From IMG/VR virus record IMGVR_UViG_3300030102_004953: a stretch of DNA of 64,000 bases; one strand, 5' to 3'. Of the stretch, positions 58,173-64,000 are shown piece after piece (position 1 is the first letter of the stretch; each line of letters opens with the position of its first letter). The translations under genes and the position numbers were made by a program. The notes under the pieces are model-generated. The model did no database searches. It was not told the origin of the DNA and saw nothing but the letters and a program-made list of their open reading frames with translations. This DNA is from an uncultured virus (IMG/VR IMGVR_UViG_3300030102_004953). Its lineage: Duplodnaviria > Heunggongvirae > Uroviricota > Caudoviricetes.

Positions 58173-60773
58173 TTACTCAGGAAATGCTGCCCCAGTAGGT
58201 AATACAACAAAATCTAATACGATGAACTCTGCAGTTCTCGTAGGTTGTAATAGTATTTGTCCAACAAGCTGATTTCTATCAACTACATCTGGCGTGTTAT
58301 TGGTATCATCCATAACAACTTTAAATGCACTTAATCCTCTTGCTTGTTGAATTGATTCAAGATATGGATTAACAATGTTTAGGAATCTGTTTCTTGTAGT
58401 CAAATCGTTTTGTTCGAATACTAAGTATCTTGAACTTGATGCCACAAACTTCTTAACGTTGATTAACAATCTTCTTACGTTAATTCTGTCAAGAGCTGAT
58501 GTAGCAGATTGAAGTGTTTTCTGTCCGAATACTGCATACCCTATGTTAGTAAAGTGTGCAATAGGATTGATACGATTGTCGTACAAATCATCCCTTTCAG
58601 GACCTCTCAACTTTGTTTCAGCCGAAGCCACCATTGATAAACCACCTCTGTTCAATCCAGCAGGTGCGAACCACTCACTTGCTACAGCATCATTATTAGC
58701 GATAGCGTGTGCGATTACAACTGATGGTGGAACCCAAACTTGACTTCCAATATTACCTTGCATTCTAACCCACGGATAGTAACAACCTGCGTAGTTAGTA
58801 TCAAGATTTTGTATTGTATTCTTTGTGGTTGATATTGAATCACCATATGCTGATGGGTCTAGGATAAAGAATGCATCTGCTCTATCCTCTACTTTTGATA
58901 TAGCATAGTTTGTGATAGCTGAGTGTTGGTTATGATTTACACCAGGCATTAACAATAGATTGAAATCTACTATTTCAGGATCAGCTACCGTGTCAACTGC
59001 TCTCTTAAATGCAGTATATCCAGCTGCTGATGTACTTGAAATATTAAATCCAAATGTGTTAGTACCAGTTATATCCACACCAGTATTTACTGCTGTATGT
59101 GGATTGTTTCCATCAAATCCCCACTGCATAGGTACTGCAAATCTCCTTTGTGAGATGTGTGAATTCCCTAAAGTAATTTTAGTACTTGCGTTTGCGAATG
59201 TGCTTGTATCTTGTACCGTACCAACATCTGCACTTCCAAACATATCTTCAAGAGACATAGTAACGTTGTTACCTGTAGAAGCACCACTTGTTCCGTAAGG
59301 AATTGGTGCGAAGTAAGGTAAGTTATCATTGTCGTGGAAGTTAAATCCGTAGTATTCAGGATTCTTACTTAGTTGTCCGTCTTTCTTACTTAACTGCTGT
59401 CTATTGAAACTAGCAGTAGGTACAGTTGCAAGGCTTGAACTCATCGCTCCACCGAAAACTGGAGTCATTGTCAAACTTGGTGGTGTAACTGGAATGTTCA
59501 ATGCATCAAATCCCATTGGAACTGCTGCTTTTGGAACGTTATCATTAATTAAATCATCATAATCACCAATACGAACATAATTTTGTGTTAGCGGATATTG
59601 CCCATATTCAGATACTTTACCAGCTGAATCGGTTGTGAAAAACTTATCACCAACCTTTTTTGCAACGAAGTCTGAAGAAAGAGGATCCATAGAACAATTT
59701 GAAATTGTTTGTACTAATTGCTTATTAGCGGTAGGAGCTTTTCTGTCATCATCCATCTCATCCTTTGGTGCTGTAAAGATTTGTATTGAGAATGTACCAT
59801 AATCTGAGTTTGCTATTTCACCAGCGGGCTTAATATCACTAATACCAACAAAGTACTTCTTATTCATTTGAGTACCGTGTCCTTGAGTGTAAACTCTAAA
59901 CAAGTTAGAACGTCCACCACCTATTAATTGTGATTGGATATATGGTGTTCTAGCTGCACTAAACTCTTTATTACCAGTCCAAGTGTTAGCTTGTCCTGTA
60001 TTACTGAATCCAGTAGAACCACTTGTAAAGTTCAATGAACCTGTTAAGTTTACTATGAAAGCATTAAGTTTTACTTCATTACCTTGTCTGAAAGCAGATG
60101 ATGATTGGAAATGACTATGTAAGTAATAGTATGCCGTACTATTATCACCATTCTTGGTAGCTCTGGGATTTGAAGAAAAGAAATCTTCTATGTAAGTGTT
60201 AGCACCACTACCTCCTGTATTAAATGATACTTTGTTACCAGTATCCGTAAATGAACCATTTTGTAAGTCAAGTGTAAATGCACTAGCACTATAAGCAGTA
60301 TTTGGTACAGCACTTGCGTTAGTAGCAGTATGTGTTCCCTCTGCTGGTGCAAGAACTGCTAATACCTGAGGAATACCTATTGAGCCTGATAAAGCGTGAA
60401 CAGTATCAATACCCCCATTTGCTTCTACTAAAGAACCTGAAGCGATAGAGCTTGATACCATCAAGTAGTTTACTTCACCACTACCATAGATGTATCCATC
60501 TAAGTGTAATGTACGAACTACAGTAAGTGAAGTAGCTCCACCATTAAAGTATTCTCTAGCAGCTAAAGGTACATAGTAATTAATATTTGATTCTGTGTTA
60601 TCTCCGAATAACTCATTGAATTCTGTTACGGAAGTTACAACCGTTGGTGTGAATGCAGGACCTCGTTCAGTAGCTCCGACAACTACTGCCCCTATCCCTT
60701 GAACACCCGTAGGTAAAAAGGATAAGTCTCGCTCCCTTGTAAACACACCTGGACTAACAATTCGTTCAGCCAT
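58173..60773 (-). CDS. contractile tail sheath protein (gp18-like)
   Basis: SPGVFTRERD, YYPWV, WFAPAGLNRG, FGQKT, RINVRRL, FEQND, AEFIVL. Confidence 0.96.
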   Translation of the reverse strand: MAERIVSPGVFTRERDLSFLPTGVQGIGAVVVGATERGPAFTPTVVTSVTEFNELFGDNTESNINYYVPLAAREYFNGGATSLTVVRTLHLDGYIYGSGEVNYLMVSSSIASGSLVEANGGIDTVHALSGSIGIPQVLAVLAPAEGTHTATNASAVPNTAYSASAFTLDLQNGSFTDTGNKVSFNTGGSGANTYIEDFFSSNPRATKNGDNSTAYYYLHSHFQSSSAFRQGNEVKLNAFIVNLTGSLNFTSGSTGFSNTGQANTWTGNKEFSAARTPYIQSQLIGGGRSNLFRVYTQGHGTQMNKKYFVGISDIKPAGEIANSDYGTFSIQIFTAPKDEMDDDRKAPTANKQLVQTISNCSMDPLSSDFVAKKVGDKFFTTDSAGKVSEYGQYPLTQNYVRIGDYDDLINDNVPKAAVPMGFDALNIPVTPPSLTMTPVFGGAMSSSLATVPTASFNRQQLSKKDGQLSKNPEYYGFNFHDNDNLPYFAPIPYGTSGASTGNNVTMSLEDMFGSADVGTVQDTSTFANASTKITLGNSHISQRRFAVPMQWGFDGNNPHTAVNTGVDITGTNTFGFNISSTSAAGYTAFKRAVDTVADPEIVDFNLLLMPGVNHNQHSAITNYAISKVEDRADAFFILDPSAYGDSISTTKNTIQNLDTNYAGCYYPWVRMQGNIGSQVWVPPSVVIAHAIANNDAVASEWFAPAGLNRGGLSMVASAETKLRGPERDDLYDNRINPIAHFTNIGYAVFGQKTLQSATSALDRINVRRLLINVKKFVASSSRYLVFEQNDLTTRNRFLNIVNPYLESIQQARGLSAFKVVMDDTNNTPDVVDRNQLVGQILLQPTRTAEFIVLDFVVLPTGAAFPE

Positions 60774-60834
60774 TTATTTTCTCCTAATGTGAGTGAGGTT
60801 TACAAATTTTTTTTAGAAAAACTAAAATTCTACC

Positions 60835-60842
60835 TATAAATA
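60835..60842 (-). promoter_or_regulatory. TATTTATA motif upstream of the sheath gene
   Basis: recurring octamer. Confidence 0.55.
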
Positions 60843-60882
60843 GTATATAAATTTCGTAAACACAACTATTTATAGAGTTTTT

Positions 60883-61176
60883 TTAAGAATTTGGTGTAAA
60901 AGTATTTGTTTTTGGATCGTAGTTACCCTCACCATACTTTTTTTCCAATTCAGCCATCAATTTCTTTTCATTTTCTTGATTATCTTTATATTCTTGAGTA
61001 GTTTTTTCCTTACTAACTTCTAAATCTTCCATTTGATTCTGAAGTAAAAGCATCTGAACTTCAATCTGTCCAAACACTTGTTGTAAGTTAACATAGTTTG
61101 CACTAATTTGCTTTAGTGTATTTACTTCCTCATCAGTAAACGTTATGTTGTCTACTTTTTTTTCTTTATCAGCCAT
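60883..61176 (-). CDS. small coiled-coil protein
   Basis: heptad-like E/Q/K-rich sequence ending KYGEG. Confidence 0.7.
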   Translation of the reverse strand: MADKEKKVDNITFTDEEVNTLKQISANYVNLQQVFGQIEVQMLLLQNQMEDLEVSKEKTTQEYKDNQENEKKLMAELEKKYGEGNYDPKTNTFTPNS

Positions 61177-61178
61177 TA

Positions 61179-62012
61179 TTAGACTCCTAACTTATTTTTA
61201 TAATCGATTAATCCTTTTTCCAAAGTAAATTTAGGTTTCCACTTTGGTAAAAATTTATTTTTATTCGCTTTTGTTTCAAACTGATAACCTTTTGGTATCA
61301 TATCTTTATTGTGATAGTAATAATCAATTCCTAATGTTTTTAACACAGTTTCAAACCTATTACTCTTTCCCAAACCAACATCGTAAACTCCAGCTGGTAC
61401 ATCATCCAAACATCTTACATTCGCTGATACCACATCATTAATGTAAACAAAATCTCTTTTTGGATTGCCTGGAAATAATCTAAACTTTTCTTTTTGTGCA
61501 TACCTTGATAATTCTTTATCTTTATTTCCACTCACCATATTCATAGCCTGATAAGCAACTGATGCCATTTTTCCTTTATGTGATTCACCCTTACCATAAA
61601 CATTGAAGTAACGTAAGGCTATAAAATCTTTTACAGTGGATACACCATATATTTCTGCTATATATTTACTCCAACCATATAAATTACTTGGAACACCATC
61701 AGTACCATAACAAGCTGCAGATGATGAATATACTACTTTTTTATTTAGGATACTAGCTAAATCAAATAAGACTTTACTAAACTCAACATTGTAGTACATC
61801 ATTTTATTAACATCTTTTTCCATTGTGTCTGATATAGCACCAACGTGATATATGATATCACAATCTTCTACAGCTTTAAACAAAGTTGTTTCGTAACCTT
61901 TGTACTCACAATACTTTTGTTCTATAGAACTTACTTGTGTAGCTTTTTTAAGTAGAGACTTTTTTAAAGCGTTACCTATAAACCCCTCACCTCCTGTTAA
62001 TAATATCCGCAT
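61179..62012 (-). CDS. hldD: ADP-L-glycero-D-manno-heptose 6-epimerase-like
   Basis: TGGEGFIG, GAISDT, YGWSK, LRYFNVYGKGESHKGKMASV, RDFVY. Confidence 0.8.
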   Translation of the reverse strand: MRILLTGGEGFIGNALKKSLLKKATQVSSIEQKYCEYKGYETTLFKAVEDCDIIYHVGAISDTMEKDVNKMMYYNVEFSKVLFDLASILNKKVVYSSSAACYGTDGVPSNLYGWSKYIAEIYGVSTVKDFIALRYFNVYGKGESHKGKMASVAYQAMNMVSGNKDKELSRYAQKEKFRLFPGNPKRDFVYINDVVSANVRCLDDVPAGVYDVGLGKSNRFETVLKTLGIDYYYHNKDMIPKGYQFETKANKNKFLPKWKPKFTLEKGLIDYKNKLGV

Positions 62013-63498
62013 ACACCTCCTCATACCAATAAGATTCATCATCGTAAACCTTATCGGGTCTGTAAAACTCTAACAACTCTTCTACATTCTGTGCTTTAAA
62101 AAATAAATTTTGTACTTCATCACTATACTCATCATCGTAATCTCCTTGCCAAGCTGAATCTCTTCCTATATGTTCACTTGCGCCAGGCAAAACTGCTATT
62201 ATCTCTTTTATATCAGGACCAGGAGCTACCTCTGAGTAATCCATTAAGTACCAATCTAAACCACCGTGCCAATTTAAATTATCGTGTCCACCATTATGAT
62301 GCATCCATATAGGCATCATATCTAAAAAATCTTTTATTCTTAACATCATATGACAACCACGTGTATGGTCTTTTAACACCCAATTACCATCTACATTTTT
62401 AACATCGTGTTCAGGACTATTATGATATGAAACCATCCAAATGTAAGGTGATGAATCTAACTTTTCTACACCTGTAGTTAGAGGTTCTCTGATTACCATA
62501 TCGTGGTCTATATTCATATAATATTCACAATCATCAAAGAATCCTGTTTCCCAAACTCTATTAGTTCCTAACCTACATCCAAGATTATACGGCATATCCA
62601 TAATTTGAATATCTATTTTTTCAGCAGCCTTGTAAGTTAATTCCAAACACTTTTTCTTTTCTTCAACATCAGATGATTGTTCAAGTAAAAATAGTTTATC
62701 TCGTTTATCCATTGTTTTTACTAAACTATCAAGAGTTTTCTCAAGGTAATCTGAACGATTGTAACTAAAACAAACTACGCCTACTCTCCTCTTTCTATCT
62801 TTTGGCTTTATGTAATCGGTATACCATTTTCTTTCCGTCTTACTTATAATGTAATTACCCATCACTAAGTAATCCATTTGAGTATTTTCAAAACAATCTA
62901 TAGCATTTTCAGGTGATTCTACGATAGGTTGTGCGTTGTCATTAAAAGATGTATTTAAAACAACTGGTATGCCTGTTATATTTTTAAATTCGTTTATAAG
63001 TTTCCAATATCTTGGATTAGTTTTTTTAGATACTGTTTGTAATCTGGCGGTTCCGTCTATATGTGTAATAGCTGGTAATCTACTTCTCCACTCGTGTTTT
63101 ACATCGGATATCAATAACATATGAGGACTATCTGTACTATGTGTAAAATACTTATCAGCTTCTTCTTCTAAACAACTTGGTGCAAAAGGGCGATACCATT
63201 CTCTATGTTTTACCGAATCGTTTATTCTATCTTTCATTCTAAAACTTCTAGCATCAGCCAAAATACTTCTATTACCCAATGCACGAGGACCTGTTTCAGA
63301 TGCACCTTGAAACCATCCAACTATATTTTGTTCTGCGATAAGTTTAGCTACTTTTTTATACAATGTTTTTTCTGAACACTTTTCGTATGTCATAATAATA
63401 CCACCAAAACGATCGGTTGTATTACCACAATATTTTTGAATAGCACCCATAATCTGTTCATCAGAGTAAACCATTCCTAAGTAAGCATCTTTTTTCAT
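61987..63498 (-). CDS. carbamoyltransferase C-terminal domain fused to a GT2-like domain
   Basis: GPRALGNRSIL, KHREWYRPFAP, HIDGTARLQTV, LNTSFN; then FSYNR...NIDHD. Confidence 0.85.
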   Translation of the reverse strand: MKKDAYLGMVYSDEQIMGAIQKYCGNTTDRFGGIIMTYEKCSEKTLYKKVAKLIAEQNIVGWFQGASETGPRALGNRSILADARSFRMKDRINDSVKHREWYRPFAPSCLEEEADKYFTHSTDSPHMLLISDVKHEWRSRLPAITHIDGTARLQTVSKKTNPRYWKLINEFKNITGIPVVLNTSFNDNAQPIVESPENAIDCFENTQMDYLVMGNYIISKTERKWYTDYIKPKDRKRRVGVVCFSYNRSDYLEKTLDSLVKTMDKRDKLFLLEQSSDVEEKKKCLELTYKAAEKIDIQIMDMPYNLGCRLGTNRVWETGFFDDCEYYMNIDHDMVIREPLTTGVEKLDSSPYIWMVSYHNSPEHDVKNVDGNWVLKDHTRGCHMMLRIKDFLDMMPIWMHHNGGHDNLNWHGGLDWYLMDYSEVAPGPDIKEIIAVLPGASEHIGRDSAWQGDYDDEYSDEVQNLFFKAQNVEELLEFYRPDKVYDDESYWYEEVYADIINRR

Positions 63499-63523
63499 AT
63501 TAGGTTTCCTATAACCATTACTA

Positions 63524-63531
63524 TATAAATA
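63524..63531 (-). promoter_or_regulatory. TATTTATA motif between the two carbamoyltransferase halves
   Basis: recurring octamer upstream of ATG 63498. Confidence 0.55.
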
Positions 63532-63549
63532 TTATCAAAGATTTTAGAA

Positions 63550-63999
63550 TCAATTATTTTTTGGTAAGAATTGATTCCAATAACCATAGTATGCACATCC
63601 TATAGCTATACCTGTATCATCTGCTGCAGGTATCACGTGTACATTCTTAAATATATTACTATCAGTTATCTTTTGGTTAACTATTGAATTTAAAAAACAA
63701 CCACCAGCTAAATACAAGTTATCACTTGGATTTAATATCTTTGCTTTCCTAACTAAAAACATAATAGCTCTTTCAAATTCTTTTTGAACCCAAAGAGCAA
63801 AGTTTGCCTTATCTTGAAATTCTGAATTTTGTAAATTAATATTATACCAAGTGTTTCTGTAATTGTAAAATCCATTAACATTCCAAGTTGGTAACATTTG
63901 ATTATGATAATTTTTTGGTATATAGAAATCATTATTATCTATAACGATACACTCCTCATACATATACTTCTGTAAGAGTTTTTCATAATACTTACTATC
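63550..63999 (-). CDS. carbamoyltransferase N-terminal (Kae1-like) domain, 5' end outside the window
   Basis: LYLAGGCFLNSIVN, PAADDTGIAIG; frame open to the window edge. Confidence 0.88.
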   Translation of the reverse strand, partial: DSKYYEKLLQKYMYEECIVIDNNDFYIPKNYHNQMLPTWNVNGFYNYRNTWYNINLQNSEFQDKANFALWVQKEFERAIMFLVRKAKILNPSDNLYLAGGCFLNSIVNQKITDSNIFKNVHVIPAADDTGIAIGCAYYGYWNQFLPKNN

Positions 64000-64000
64000 A

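Noticed and set aside
49113..60773. Bacterial T6SS or extracellular contractile injection system
   Set aside because: Sheath and tube genes are contiguous with a T4-like replication module and no secretion membrane complex is present
1863..63124. All plus-strand ORFs in the track
   Set aside because: Short, antisense to well-supported minus-strand genes, and without recognisable motifs
63499..63549. Small intron or readthrough rejoining the carbamoyltransferase halves
   Set aside because: Too short for a self-splicing intron, contains further in-frame stops, and carries a promoter-like motif before a fresh ATG
1..64000. Stop-codon reassignment
   Set aside because: Conserved genes are full length in the standard code, and TAA, TGA and TAG all end genes
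1..64000. tRNA or rRNA genes
   Set aside because: Intergenic spaces are short and AT-rich; no cloverleaf or T-loop signature found by eye (no scan was run)

Overview
This 64 kb AT-rich window looks like part of a large tailed dsDNA phage with a contractile tail (T4-like gene content). Every credible gene is on the minus strand and genes are tightly packed, many with overlapping stop/start codons. In transcription order (right to left) it holds: (1) a split carbamoyltransferase, the second half fused to a glycosyltransferase, plus an HldD-like epimerase; (2) a tail module (sheath, tube, gp26-like chaperone with a probable frameshift extension, tape measure, baseplate); (3) a divergent family-A DNA polymerase and a region driven by early-type promoters; (4) a T4-like replication module (SSB, RecA/UvsX, 5'-3' exonuclease, helicase, class II RNR, family-B polymerase, clamp, clamp loaders) interleaved with a TonB-dependent receptor, two Mom-like proteins, a flavin-dependent halogenase and 2OG-Fe(II) oxygenases; (5) an ~18 kb block of soluble nucleotide-sugar, glycosyltransferase and glycan-tailoring genes with no visible export machinery; (6) small accessory genes. 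The strongest leads are the export-less glycan pathway, a PolA with a substituted steric-gate residue, a start-less ORF reachable only by frameshift, an H-type pseudoknot between nrdJ and the receptor gene, and two distinct promoter motifs. All family calls come from motifs recognised by eye; no database searches were run.
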